Assembly: GCA_965603825.1 (NCBI GenBank)
Contig: CBFDEM010000028.1
Span: forward strand, 248,001 to 312,000
Reading direction: 5' to 3'
Length of the DNA stretch: 64,000 nt
Source: Blepharisma stoltei ATCC 30299
Lineage: Eukaryota > Protista > Ciliophora
Part shown: positions 10,901-25,700 of the stretch, in pieces
Layout of the letters: every line of letters starts with the position of its first letter
Position numbering within the stretch: position 1 is the first letter of the stretch
The notes under the pieces: generated by a model
Databases searched by the model: none
Told to the model about the DNA's origin: nothing
What the model saw: the letters and a program-made list of their open reading frames with translations, nothing else
Position numbers and translations under genes: made by a program

Positions 10901-13900
10901 GTTAAGTATGTCCACTGCTGAAATTGCCAGTTTAAATCCACCATTGTTATTTTTCAAAATTAAAGAATCTATGGATAATTTTGAGTTGATCACAATAATT
11001 GTACCCCCATTTTCTGAATGGTTTTCGTATATTTGGCTATAATTAATAGAGGAATTTCTGTTTGAATTAAAAATATATATTGTAGATCCATCATCCTTAC
11101 ATGAATTTTTGTAAAATAGAGAATCTGAGATTGAGATCAGAGAATCTTGCTCAGCATATATGGCTCCTCCTTCTAAGGCCACATTGTTTGTGAAGTTGCA
11201 GGAATTACAAAAAAAAATTGAATTTGAGCTCAATAAAATTGCTCCTCCGTACATAGACCCTGTATTACTAAATAAGTAGCTCTGATTCAGTTTTACAATA
11301 GCAGAATTTTGTAATCTCAAGCATGGCCCAGATACTGCAGAATTATGCCTAAAGATAGAGCCATATTCTTCCATAGAATCATAATTTAAAGAGATTGCTG
11401 ATCCATAATTGTACTCAAATATGCAATTTTTTGTTTCAACATAAGAAAAGCTATTTTGATTATTTCCAAGTATCACTGCTATTCCGGTATTGCTAGAAAA
11501 ATTGCATGAAGTTAAGGCAATCGTCGAACTAGCTATATCAACGTGTAATACAGAGCTTAATTGCCCAGAATTTGCCAAGAATTTGCAAAGCTCAAAATTT
11601 AAGATTCCTTTGCTGTAAAATAATGATACTGTACCTGAAATTGTTGCAGTATTTTCAATGAATTTTGATGAAGAAATCGTTGATGAATTAACTAAGGATA
11701 CAGTGCTATCAATATACAATGCCGAGCCATAAAATGCTCTATTAAGTTTAAAAATTGAATTTTCCACCAATATTTCTGTGCTTGAAGAGCCAATCCACTG
11801 CTGAGCAATGTAAATACTACCACCATAATCTGCAGAATTACTAGTAAAATTGGAATCTGCTATTTTAAATAAGCTTTCCCCACTTACTAATATTTGGATG
11901 ATAAATAATGCTCCTCCAGATCCTTTTGGAGATATATTCGAATCGAATACAGATTCTTCAACAACCATACCTTGCCCAGCTAAATAAATCGCAGCTCCAT
12001 AATCTCCAGTGTTTTCTGTAAAATTGCATTTACTTATAAACAAGCCTTTTCCTTCTCTAATTTCTATAGCGCCAGTTCCTGTGCTATAACTGTTGAAATT
12101 ATTATCAAATATCGAATTTTTCAATACTCGGCTAAAGCTTCCTGTGAATAAAAAGCAAGCTGGAAAAACACCATTACCTTTATTTGATAAGCATTTTGCA
12201 GAGTTAATATCAGTAGTATCAGTGTTTTTTATCAAATAAGTTGGAGATGAATTTCTACAAATATTATTTGTGATAACTACTGGACAAATATCAACATTGT
12301 ATGAGTCAGATATTGAAACCATATACTCACAATCAAGAGCTTTTGGATTTGCCTTTTTTCTTTTAAGATACATATCAGAATTTGATATAAAATAATTAAG
12401 AAGCAATGTATTGATATCTTTGTCTTCATTTGGGGATCCATTTGACTGAATTGCCAAATTTTTGAGTGAAAGATGAGGCATATTCGTTAAAGAAATCAAC
12501 CCAATTCCATGGTTATTTATAAAAGAAAGATTATCCATTTTGCATCATCTTTTATTTATAACTGCATGAACATTCATTCCTGAAAGCAGTTTGTAAGGCT
12601 TTATAGCTCCGTTTTTGTATTCATCCAGCATAAATGCATTAGAAATATTTATTGCTTGCCCATTTTCTATCCCGTTAGCCTGAAAAGTTAAATTTTCGAA
12701 ATGGATGTTCAGAAAATAATAAGAAAATTCTAAATCTATCAATGAAGAATTTCCATAATTTGAAATAAATTTAGAGTCATGCACATAAATATGGTCTTTA
12801 TATAAATAAGGGATATGGTATGTTTCATTTAAACCTCCTGGATATGTTAAAAAATTTAAAAGGGCATGAATTATTCCAGTTTCACAGTAATTATACATAA
12901 AAGTGCAGTTATCTATTTCGATAAAATTTGTATAACTGGTGTAAATTAGTGAGGCTTGCTTTAATTGGCTTCTAGGTTTTCTATAAACTAAGTTGTGCTT
13001 GAACTCTACATTTCGAATTAAAATAGTTGTGATATTAGTGGAATAAAAAAATCCACGGAAATCAACTGGATCCTCAAACTCATATCCATTGTTTAACCTT
13101 GTCACTGAGCCCCCTATATAAATGAGCTCGGGTTCTGAAGTTTTTTTATATGAAACTGATACTGAAATTATTGCAGAGTCTTCGTTGATGCCTAATCTGA
13201 TATTATCAAAATTTACATTAAATAGCCTCACTTTGCCTTCTCCTGAAATTATGCTATTTTGCTCAGTCCTGAAGTTTTGAAATGTAACATTCCTTAACAA
13301 TAAAGAACAATAAGTATAAGACTCAAGTTCAAATAAATTAAATGTGTATTCTTCATGTAGCTCGCAATAATCATTTAGCAGATTCTTTGACGCACGCTCT
13401 CCTCTATCATTATAATAATACCTATCAGTGCTATTATAAGTATTATAAGAGCAGTAATAGCAATAAATTGAGTCAACGCAAATCATAGACACAGTAGAGT
13501 TTCCGTCAAATATTACATTCTCAATTTCAACAGATCCATAAATAGCCATTCTAGCTAGTCTTCAACTGTCAACTTTTACACTAACTATGCTGCCATCCTG
13601 GGATGTAATTTTTAAATAATTATATTGATAATATCCAAAGGAAATTTCATCTTTTCAACTATAAATTCCATCATTCTTTAAAAACAAAACAGCATGGTCT
13701 GCGTTTATTGAGGAGATTGCATATGACATTGCTTCGAATGGGGAATCAATTGTTCCACTCCCTGAAGGTGAACTACTCTTTTGTGTAGAAGTTGCGTAAT
13801 AAAAGGAGAGGTGAGGAAAAGTCTTAGATATTGATAAATAATTGGAATAATAGACAGATATGCCGAATAAATTCAAATATGTGCAGGTTATGTCTGTGGA

Positions 13901-15118
13901 AAAGCATTGATTGCAAGGAGCGATTCCTAAGCCTTCAGTTGAGCTTGTGCATTGCTCGCACAGATTTCAAGCAGATTTTGGGAGGGATGCTTTACAATCT
14001 GCATAAGAATTTGTGTTGCATAATCCGTAATTGCATTCAGGAATGAAGCAATCTGGATAGCATTTGCTTTGATCAAGAGCCATAGTTAGATTGCATTTAT
14101 TGTTTGAAGCTAAATAGCATTTATCAAAATTTACCACAGAGCTTGTATCATTTATACGCATTTGCATATAAACTGTGAATAAAACTAAATCCTTATCATT
14201 GCATCATTTGCTAGAGTCATCACTCATTCTATCATATTTGCAAGTTCCAACTAAGCACTCAGGTTTACACTTTCCATAATCACTCGTGCTGCATCCTTTA
14301 GCACACCCACAAGCATAGTAATCCCATTCGCAATCCTCTGTATTGCATTCAGGGTCGCATATATTATTTGCTAGCATTTTATGAGTGCAACCTGAGCTGC
14401 AGTATCCGCAGTCTCCACTATCAAATTTGCAGCTAAAAGTGTTGCAGAGCTCATCACAAACTCCATTTTTTAAAAGATCAGTAGAGCAAAAAGGTGCACA
14501 AGTGCAGTCAGTTTTGTCATATTCACATTCTGGCACATAGCAGGCTTCATCACAAATGGAGTTACCAACCATTCAAGTATTACAGCCTAGAGCACAAGTT
14601 GAATTTGCGCAGTCACCCATGTCAAAATTGCAGTCAACATTATTGCAGGCATCATCACAGATTCCATTGCCTCAAATAGTTGTATTACATCCAACAGAAC
14701 ACTCTCTGCAAGCCCCCATATCATAATAGCATTCAGGGACATTGCATTCTTCGTCACAAGTTCCTCCTAGTTGAGTTTTTTTACCTAAATTACATTTACA
14801 TGAAGTTCCGCAATAGCTACAATCGCCTAAATCATATCCACAAGAGCTAACATTGCATCTTTCATCACAAACTCCATTCCCAAGATCTCTTTGATGGCAT
14901 ACACTTTCGCATTCGTATGCACAATCAGATGTAAATCCTTTTTTATCATTTATCAAAATATATGCATCAAAATTACAAAAAGAGTTCATGCAATTGATAT
15001 CGCAAACTCCATCTCCTCTCTATTTTTGAAATACCTTCAATTGAGAACACTTATTTATATTGCATTTGTTATCTTCTGCTTGCGCTGCTGACAAAATGAC
15101 AAATATAAAGAGAGCCAT
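7994..15118 (-). CDS. Giant surface protein, paralog A (~2,360 aa): signal peptide, LNR/Notch repeats, beta-helix (PMP GGAI/FxxN), Cys-rich region, multi-pass TM
   Basis: Nine ORF fragments share one frame joined by TGAs. Two 15-nt introns (15020-15034, 14785-14799). LNR repeats such as GNGVCDERCNVSSCGYDLGDC. C-terminal RFGFLFNGY..YYWEFII TM motif. Confidence 0.88.
14785..14799 (-). other. 15-nt spliceosomal intron (GTAAATGTAATTTAG)
   Basis: GT-AG; same position as the introns at 22157-22171 and 29644-29658, the latter containing an in-frame TAA. Confidence 0.8.
15020..15034 (-). other. 15-nt spliceosomal intron (GTATTTCAAAAATAG)
   Basis: GT-AG with an in-frame TAG; removal restores the LNR repeat. 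Confidence 0.9.
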
Positions 15119-15275
15119 AATTATTTAGGCCTATAAATTCTTTTTGATTAGTTATAAAATAAAAAAAGATTAAATCAAATTAAAAATATATCGTTATTAG
15201 CAGATCTCATGGATTTGATTAATTTAATTACAAATATAGGTTTTTTTAAATTTTAGAATTTTCAATTTTTTAATT

Positions 15276-18200
15276 CTAATAAATGCCTTGGCCACCTGAA
15301 AAAATGCTTATGTCAGGAGAAGGGCAAGGATCTGCTTCTGACATTATCTCTTGACCACTGTTAACATGAAGGCTTTCACTCTCAAAATCTTGTGAGCTGT
15401 TGATAACTTTAGACTGTGCAGTGAAGTTTAAGTTTTTATTAACGCCAGCAGTAGCAATTTGAGTACTATCCACATCTAGTATGATACTTCCTCCTAATTT
15501 TGATCTTGATCTTCTCAAAATTGTATTTATCAGCCAAAGAAGCAGCTGTTTTGGTATCTTTAATTGCTCTTTGAATATTTTGCATAAAATATAAACAATA
15601 AAAGAGATATTTGAGATGAGTGTTATAACAAAAATAGCAATTTTTCTTGAATAGTCTAATTCTTTAGTAGAAAAGAAAAGCCCACTGAAAATTGTTAACA
15701 GGAGTACAAACTTTGCTATGAATTCCACTTGATTAAGATGAGGTTCTGTGAATGGACTATTCCTGTTATGAATGTGAAGGAAGAAAAGCAATATAATTGT
15801 TATAATAAAGCCTTGAATTGAGTCAGGAATATTCTCTAAAAATACTGATAAAATTACCAGAATAATTTTTGAGTAGATGATAATGAATTCCCAATAAAAG
15901 CGCTGTGGCTTGAAACTTTGATAGAGAAAGGCATATCTCTGTTTGAAGAAAATTTCTTCAAGTCTTTTTCTATGTCGTATAATTTTTGTAAGACAAAATA
16001 TTGGAGCTGCAACTCCTCATATAATAATTCCTGGCAGTGCTATTAAAAAGGCGTAAAAAGTATGATCATAAGTCCAGCACTTAATGCCTAAGTCATAATT
16101 AAGTCAAAACTGCCCTGAATTAATTTCTTTGCAGCTATATATACTGAATAACGTCCCTATCGCATGTGGGTGAATTAAATAAAGTAGCACAATAAAAGTT
16201 ATAGTAAAATCGCCTATCATAGCTCTAAAGGACTTTCTTTTTAGCAAATAATATATAATTCATATAATTAAGCATAAACTGCCGAGTATAATTGGCGATA
16301 AGCTAGTCAAAATAATCTTGTCATAATAAATTTTATTTCGTGAATTTTCTGACTGAAAAAAGCAATCAAAAGAAAATAATTCTTCATTGATATAGTTTAA
16401 AGAGGACGCAACATAAAACAGCTGTAGCACCTCGTCTGGCCAGTTTAAAGTAAAAGCTGCTATAATTATTAGAATATGCAAATAGTCCCAAAATATTCTT
16501 ATATATGCTGAACCACTGATCTTAATGTAAAGTAAAGATTTTCTTTCTGCTTTTATTATTATAAATATGATAGCAATAATAACACCTGTCATTCCGAGAG
16601 CTCGAAATATATTTTCTACAGTGTCTGGACAATTCTTGCACTTGTTTTTATATAATCTTGCATATCTATCTTGGCAAGAATGACACAGCTTCCCTGTGTA
16701 GCCTTTATCACAGACTCCAGTATATGATAAATTATTAGGATCTGGGGAACCTAAGCAAGATGAAGACCTTGGGCATTTTCAAAATTTCAGTGAATACATT
16801 TCTTCTCGTCAATATCCTGGCTTAGGTACCATTGAATAATTTCCATAACAAATTGCATGATCTGGGCAGGGTAAACAAGCAGCATCACTTGTATTGAAAC
16901 TGTAATATGATTCTCCACAAGCCACGCATGCCATATTAATAGTAGCTTCACCAGTTTTGCATAGTCTTAAGGTAGCGCTGATATAAATATCTGAGGCTTG
17001 ATCAGATGAATCCATTACTGAGCTGTACACTTTTAGTTGAACTGAAGATCCTGGCAACGCAATAATTGTATAGTTAGTGAAAATAAATGTTCCATTTACA
17101 GCATGAATATTTGTAGATCCTAAAAGTGACACTCCTGCTCCTACAGTTTGGAGTTCTGCTCGACTTGTATTATCTGTTTTGATAATTTGGTCATAATGAT
17201 CAACTAGTGCGAAGGCTAGTGGCTGATTAACTTGTTGCCCTGATGCTATATCTTTAAGTTCTAAATTTCTCATTAAGTGGTGATTTTCTGTCTGATTTCC
17301 ATTGTATGTATTATCCAAGGAAATCATCTTTACAGCGTATGAAGATATATTATCCCCATATATTGCAGAGTTGCTGATAAAAATATTATTCTCAAGAATC
17401 GGTCTTACATCATTTCAGTTTATTGCTCCTCCATTGTTTTCTGCTCTATTTTTATTGAAAATATTCGAAGACACATTAAATATGCAGTTACCAAAGTCTT
17501 CACAATAAGTGTCTATCGCTCCACCAGTCCCATCAATTTTTCCATTCTGATAATTTCCACTACTTCTAGCAGAGTTTTCAATAAATTCGCAGTTATAAAC
17601 TGATATATTTGAGTTTTTTATTGATAAGGCACCACCAACTAATGCTTTATTATACAAAAACTTAGTGGAAGATATATTGTATAAATTTTCTATCGAGGTA
17701 TCAGTTGTAATATATATCGCACCGCCAGTTGATGAACCAGTGTTGCCTCTGAATAAGCATGAATCTACAGAGATTGCCTGGCATTGTGAGCAATACAATC
17801 CGCCTCCATTAGCTCCTAAACACCCAGAGAATTCAGAGTTGAATATTTCTAAGGCATGAAGACCACTTCCAACAATAGCGCTGTTTTCATTGTTGATAAA
17901 TTGGGTATTTTGTATTTTTATAAAACTAGCATATGAGTCGATTGACGATCCTTTGATGTTTTCTATTATCGAATCATTAATCAAAATTGAACTTTCTTTA
18001 TAAATAAAGAAAACTCCTCCATTATTTGATGATAAGTCAGAAAAAATGGAATTTGAAATGTTTGTAGCACTTGATAGAGAATAAATTGCAGTTCCAGAGT
18101 TAGATGAATGACTATCTGTAAAGCTTGAATTTTGAATTAGAGCAAAACTTCCTGATTTTAGCTTAATAAAGCAGCCTTGTTTTCCTTCTTGACTAGAAAA

Positions 18201-21200
18201 ACTAACATTCAATATATTTATTTTGGAATCGTCAAGAATTATCCCAGGATTATCTCCGTTTGCTGTGTTTTTCTTTATAATAGATGAATCGATATCAATT
18301 TCTGAAAATAGAACAAAAATTGATCCAGTATTTAATGAATGATTTTCACTTATTTCGCAATTCTGTATTGTGGTCTTTTTGGAAGCTCTGACAATTTTTA
18401 AAGCTGATCCTTCATCTTGGCATGAATTTTTTAAGAATTTTGAATCTTTTATTTCAATATATGTGTCAGCATATATTGCACCTCCAGATCCATTTGCTTT
18501 ATTTTCGATAAAATTGCAGGAAAAGCATGAAAATTTAGAATTTTCGCTTACAGAGATAGCTCCTCCATTTAGTTCACTGGTATTGTTTATATATTTTGTA
18601 TTAACTGAATGCATTTTTACTGAATTTTTCATCATTATGACTGCTCCAGAAGATGATGAATATCCATGTTGGAAAGTAGAATTGTTGTCATTTATGATAG
18701 TATTATAAAGCAAAAAAGTAGTTCCCTTATTATACTCAAATAAACAATTATCTGTTTCTAAGCTAATATCTTTGCTTGAATCAACCAGGACTGTTGACAA
18801 TCCAAAATTAGACTGAAAGCTGCATTGATTTAAGCTTAATTTTTTATTTGCATTTTGGTTTTTAGATACATGAAGAGATGAGCAGGTTTTCGCGGTATTT
18901 TCAATGAATTTAGTATTGCTTAAAAAAAGGCCAATATTAATATTTTGAATATAAAATGCTCCTGATTCAGCTGCAGAGTTATTGTGAAATGTAGAATCCA
19001 TTATTTGAATGTTATCTGATAAGTTTATTGATTCATCAAAATAAATGCCGGATCCATATGAAGCTTTATTATCTGAAAAAGTTATATTTGTAATTAATAC
19101 AGATGTGATTGAGCTTGAAATGGATTTTTGAGAGACGTATACAGCTCCGCCATTTTTTGTGCAGGAATTATTGTAAAATATCGTATCAAAAATAGATAAA
19201 GCAGCATTTGGCTCTTGAGAGGCTAATGACAAATAAAGGGCTCCTCCAGATAAATCATAAATTGAATTAGACTCAAATTTGCAGTTATCAATATTGATAT
19301 TAAAGCCTGAAAAATAAACTGCGCCTCCTACACCTGCAGAATTTCCAGTAAATGTGGAGTTTATAAGAGTTAAATTTTCTACTTGCATAGCAAACTCAAT
19401 GGCTCCTGGTCCTCCTTGGAAATTATTTTTATTCCAGCTGAATTCTGAATTGCTTATAGTAGCAGTTTTAAGGTAGCCAAAAGCTAAGCAAATTCCATTT
19501 GTGCTTGTAGCATTATTTTCTTTAAAATATAAATGGTCTAAAGTAACATTTTCTAATCTAGCAATTATAATACTAGGAGATCAATGTTCGCAGTAATTAT
19601 TTGTAGCATTTAAATGCTTCATCGCAAAATTAACTGATTCTCATATTGATGATAATGCAAAACATCACAAATTTTGAGTAGAAGAAGCTTCAATTTTTAA
19701 ATAAATATCAGGATTCTTGATAAAATATTTTAATAGGATAGAATTAAAATCATTGATGGTGCTCGGAGACCCACCATTTCTATCCATTTGGGTGTAGGTA
19801 ATTTCTACATTCGCCATTCTGCGTATTTCAATTAGCCCTACATCTCCAGAGAAATTATTAATAAATTTAGAGTTTAGGACCTTTAACCAACTAGCTAAAT
19901 ATTTAGCAGTAGTAGTTAGTCCTGATGATGTTGTAAATTCTACATCTTGATCATAAACAACTAAATTTTCTTCATCCTCACTGCTAATATAAATCAAGCC
20001 GTTATTTTTAACCCCATTTGCCTCAAACGATGTAGAGTTTATAAGTATATTTTGAGCTTTTCCCTCAAAGCGAATAGAAATTAAGCCATTATTTTTCACA
20101 TAATTCGACGAAAAAAATGATTTTTTAATTTGAATATTTCTGAGAGCAGAATATTTAACAACTCCTCTATCATTAGTTTCCATTATAGGAATAGTTCCAT
20201 CGTTTTGTATATTTATTATCCCCAATTCGCAATAGTTATATGAAAATATGCACGACTCAATCTCTAATTTTTGAAACAAAAAGAGAGTAAGTAAAGACGC
20301 TGTTTCTATATCATCATATCAGTAGCTATAAACTAAGTTATATCCGAATTCCACTTTTATAATATTTATATCAATAATATTTTTCACATATAAAAATCCT
20401 CGAAAACTGAGAGGATCGTTATACTCATACCCATTATTTAAGCGACTAACTTTACCAATTTCATAATAAAATGAGCTACTGCAAGTATCTTCTGCGTTGT
20501 TCGTACAATCATTGTCTAAGTAAATAACAGCTGCTTCCTCCTTGTTTGCAAGCCAAATATTATCGAAAGTCACATTGTAAAGCAAAACGTTACTATCATA
20601 TCTTGCTCGAATAATTGCAGCAAATCCCATTCTGAAATTAATAAAACTTACATTTCTCATAATCAAACTCCCTTCATTAACATCAATAAAATAGTAGTCA
20701 TGAAATTTTCTGCAAATATCCATATCAACATAATTCCAAATCTCTTCCCCTCTATCATTTACATATCAGCTACTAGAGCTTCAGTCTTGTTCAACATAAG
20801 GACAATATTCGCAATATTCTGTGTCTGCACATTCTCTGAATTTTCCATCAAAAATTACATTATTGATTTCTAAAATGCCATTAGAAAAACTTAAAGATCA
20901 ATAATTGTAATAATCAGTGATCCCATAAACCGTTATATTTCCACCATTCAGCGTCGTTAATTTTAGATATAATTTATCTTTTCTGCGTGCTATGAATTGG
21001 TGGTATCTTCCTTCATCTATCTCATTTTCTCTTAAACCTTGGTAATCTCCGTCTTCTTTGAGGTAAATAACTGAATAATTGTAGTTTGAATATTTTATAG
21101 CTGAGTTTAAATCTTGGTAAGGAGAGAGGAAGGTACCGTCACCACTTCAAATATAATCACTGAGAACAGAGGTAACAAAATAGATATAAGGGTTTTTCAA

Positions 21201-22505
21201 GGTAGATCTATCTTCGGAAAAAATCTTAACTAACGACTCGTCTGGAGAAATGATAAGATCTGAGTCTTGATTTGACGTGCATTCTCCAGAAATTAAAGCA
21301 TATGTCATACAAGACATACATTTACCAAGGCTACCATCTCCGTAAGTTCTTAAGCAGTCAGAGTCTTGAGATCCTTCAGAATTACAATTTCCATTTGAGT
21401 AGTTACATTCCAGAATATTGCATTCTTGATAACAAGTTGATAAATCGAAAACTTTTGCTTGAGTGCAAGCATTATTTGAAGCACTGTAACAATCTTCTAA
21501 ATGGGCTACGTATGTGAAATCTTTACGAATATTTTGCTGGTATGAAGAAAATATCATTAAAGAAGCATCCTGACATTGAAAATCAAAATATTTGCTCATT
21601 CTATCATAATTGCATGAAGCCACAAGGCATTCAGGCTTACATTGTCCATATTCTAAATAATCACAGCCTTCAGCACACTGGCAATCTTTATAATCATAAT
21701 AGCAGTCATAATTTTTGCATTCAGGATCGCAAAATCCGTTGCTTAGCATTTCGGGAAAGCATCCACTAGCGCATGCTCCACAGTCATGATTATCTAATGT
21801 ACAATCTCAGTTATTGCATGCCTCATCACATTTTCCATCCCCAAGCATAGACTCAAAACATCCTGGAGAACAATCACAGTCAAAATTATCAAAATTGCAT
21901 TCAGCTACATGGCATGCTTCCTCACAAATTGAATTTCCAATCATTCAGATATAACATCCTGGTGCACAGGCTGAAGTTTTGCAGTCTCCTAAATCAAAAT
22001 TGCACTCTGAGTAGGCACATTCAGGGTTGCAAACTCCATTTCCTAATAAATTTGAATTGCAGCCTGCGTGGCATTCTTTGCAAGTTCCAAGACCATAATA
22101 GCAAGAGGCCTCATTACAATTTGAATTACAATTTTGACTTATTTCAATATCCCCACCTATATAAATTTTACATGAAGGCGCACATTGGCCACAATCTCCT
22201 CAATCGTAGCCACAATTCTCTGTGTTGCAGCTTTCATCACAGTGCCCATCACCAAGATTTTCTTGATTGCAGCCATCTATGTAGAGGCAATTTCAAAAAC
22301 AGTCTGAACTTTCTTTATCAGTTGCCCCGCTTTTATGAACGTTGGCATCATAATTACAGTATGAAGTCATGCATTCTGGATTGCATACATCATCTCCTTT
22401 CTGAATAAAAATTACCTTAAAATCAGGGCATTCCTTCAAGCTGCATGATAGCTTCTCACTAGTGGATGCCCAAAAAAGTAAACTGAAACATAAAGCAAAT
22501 GCCAT
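15276..22505 (-). CDS. Giant surface protein, paralog B (~2,400 aa), same architecture and the most diverged copy
   Basis: All fragments in one frame from ATG 22505 (MAFALCFSLLFW signal peptide) to TAG 15276. Introns at 22401-22415 and 22157-22171. Confidence 0.88.
22157..22171 (-). other. 15-nt spliceosomal intron (GTAAAATTTATATAG)
   Basis: GT-AG; position conserved across the three paralogs. Confidence 0.8.
22401..22415 (-). other. 15-nt spliceosomal intron (GTAATTTTTATTCAG)
   Basis: GT-AG; same position as the stop-containing introns in paralogs A and C. Confidence 0.8.
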
Positions 22506-22750
22506 GGCTATTAATATTATTAACTCTGAATAACACCTTATAACTTTCTTAATTTTAAGTTTTCGATATAAAATATGAATTCTGAAAGATTTATAAATAA
22601 TTATAAATTTGAAGAAATTATTGCAAATTAAATTTTTAAAGATGGCTAATGAATAAAAGATAAGCATAATAAATTATTAAATGCTTTTACTTAATAATAA
22701 AACTGAGCTAACTATTATCCTAACTTTTTACTTGCTGATATATCAATTTA

Positions 22751-25700
22751 CTAACAGGATTTTATAATGTGATCATTTTCTACTTTTTCTTCATTGTTTA
22801 AATTGTAGTCGCTTCTTATATCAATATCTTGATTTTCACTTTCAGGCTGATGCTCAATAGAAGGATATAAGCCAATAAATTTTTCAGGAAGGGCTTTTAT
22901 GTCGCTAAAACTTTCTTTGTGCAGCTCATACGACTCTTGATCATAAGAAACTTTCATTTTGCCTCTCCACTGCAAGATTTTTTCTTGAGTTGCAAAGAAT
23001 ACTTCTTTAAGTATATTTATTCAGCAATGAATCAAAAAGAAAATATGAGCAATAATTATGAGGGCATAAAAAAATAAGTCTTGGTCGCTATTCAATGAAT
23101 CAGTCAAGTAAAATAATCCACTATAAATTATAGTAACACACACAAGCTTAGCTCTGAATTCCATGGCATTCAATTTTTGCTGTGAATAAGGATTATTAGA
23201 AAATTGTATCTGTAAGTACACTGATAATAAGATTGTTGCAATAAGTGCTTGAAGCTTGATAGCAATGCTTGTTAAAAATACTGAACAGCAAATCAATAAT
23301 AATTTACTATATAAAATAATAAATTCCCAGTAATAATATTTTTTCTCATACCAATTCATAAGAAATCCATACCTTATCTTTACATTCAGGCAGTCCAAAC
23401 TATTTTTCTTTTTTATTAAATCTGTCAAACAAGCAGCAGGGAGCAATAAACCCCACACAACAAGAGCTGGCAAGGCAACTACAAGTGCATACATTTTATG
23501 CTCATAATTCCAGCATTTTATATCCAGATTCTCCTCCAGTCAATACTCTCCTGCATTAACTTCTGTACATCTGAACACAGAAAACATTTTTCTTATAACA
23601 CTTGGGTATACTAAAAATATCAAAATAATGCAACTTGATATATATTTATCCCAAATGTGTTTAACTGAGCTTTTCACTGAAATTACGATAATCCATACCA
23701 TTCCTGCTAAGACTATCATCACAGCTGGAATAAAGGCAACCATAATAAGACTCCTAAAATAAACACTATCTTGAGAATCATCTTTAAATAGGCATTCAAA
23801 TGAGAATATTTGCTGATAAATATAATCAAGGGAAATTTGAACATAAAATAAATCCAACACTTCACTTGGCCAGTTCAGATTAAAAGTAGAGGTGATAACT
23901 ATCATTTGCAAGTAATTTATGAAGATTTTGATATAGACTGAAGCTATTGATTTTGGCTTTAGAGATGATTTTATTGAGGCTTTGTACATAATAAATGCGA
24001 CAGTAAGGAGGGCAAGAATCATTATTATGGTTATGAGAATGCTGCTTGATGAATCTGGGCATTTTTTACATTTGTTATTGTTTTGGTGGGAATAGCCAGA
24101 TTCGCATGATTGACATTTGTTGCCTTTATATCCTTGGCTGCATCATCCTGTATAAGAAATATTTGATGGATTTGGAGATCCCAAGCATGCAGAAGGATTT
24201 GGACATTTCCAAAATTTATCTGAATACATATTGTCTCTTCAGTGCTTAGATTTGGGGACCATAACAAAGCTTCCTAAGCAATCAGCTTCTTCAGGACAAG
24301 GTAGGCATTCGCTTTTGTTTGCATCCAAATTATAATATCCATCCTTACAAATTTGACAACTGTTTCCAGAATTTTCTTCTCCTATTTCGCAGTTTCTTAA
24401 ATTTACATTGATAAATAGATTTTGACTTGCTTGATCACTGTAATTCTTACTGCTAAAAGCTGTAGAATAAAGCTTTATTATGACCTTTTGTCCAGGGACA
24501 TCTGATATTGTTAAATCTGAAAAATTATAAATTCCTCCATTTGCTTTGACCACAGTAATTCCTTCTATAATAGCGCTTGAGTTTTCAGTTTTTAGCTCAC
24601 AAAAGCTGGAATCATCAGTGGTCACGATCTGATTCATGTGGTCAACCACTGCAACTAGCAATGCTTGCGAGCTCTTTTGGCCTGGAGCTAAGCCGAGTAA
24701 ATTTGTGCTTCCATCTGACTCGTCACCTAGTTCTCTGTGATTATCTAATGAGCCATTTTCATTAATCATCAACAATTTCTCAGGATATGAAGCATAATTT
24801 GCCCCATATTGTGCATAATTATCTATATAAGTGTTATTTTGTAACTCTGGAGGCCAATCATCAAAGCTTATGGCCCCTCCACTATAAGAAGCTTCATTTT
24901 CAGTAAAATTGCATAAGTTAAAGCCAAAATCGCATTTTGAGCCATCAGGGCAGCTGATTTTGACAGCCCCTCCCATTCCTTTTGCCACTTCCTTTTCCTC
25001 TAATATTTCATCTGCAATTGCTTGATTTTTTAAGAAAACAGATGAAGACACATACAAATTTGCGTCTCCTGAAAACACTGCTCCACCATTTTCAGCTTTA
25101 TTATCAATAAATGTAGTCCCATCAATAAAATGAGTATTTTCAATTTTTTTACCCATATCTGTGCCAAAATACAAAGCCCCTCCTAAGCTTGCGCTATTAT
25201 TTAAGAATTTTGATGATCCAATTTTGATATTATTACAATAATTGCAATGGACTGCTCCACCTAAAATTCCATTTCCATTGCTAAATGAAGATCCAGAAAT
25301 TTCAAGTTTTTCTAAATCAAATCCATAAATCCCTGACTGTGAATATTTATCGAAAATTGAATTTTCTATAGAGCAAGGGGTTTGGTAAGCATTAATGACT
25401 CCACCCATATTGTGGCTATAAGAAGAAAGGAATTCAGAATTTTTTATATTCAAAATGCTATCAAAATTCGAATAAATTGAGCTTCCTTCTGATTGAGAAT
25501 AAATATTTTTAAAAGATGAGGATTCAATTGTAATGCTACTTGATGAAGAAAATATAGCTCCACCTGAGCTCGTTGAATTAGCATTGATAAAATTGGAGTT
25601 TTTTATAATAGCGTTGCAATCAGATGACAAATTAATAAAGCATCCCTCAGTACAGTTTTGATTTGAGAAAGATGAACCCGATATTTCTAAATCAGAAAAG

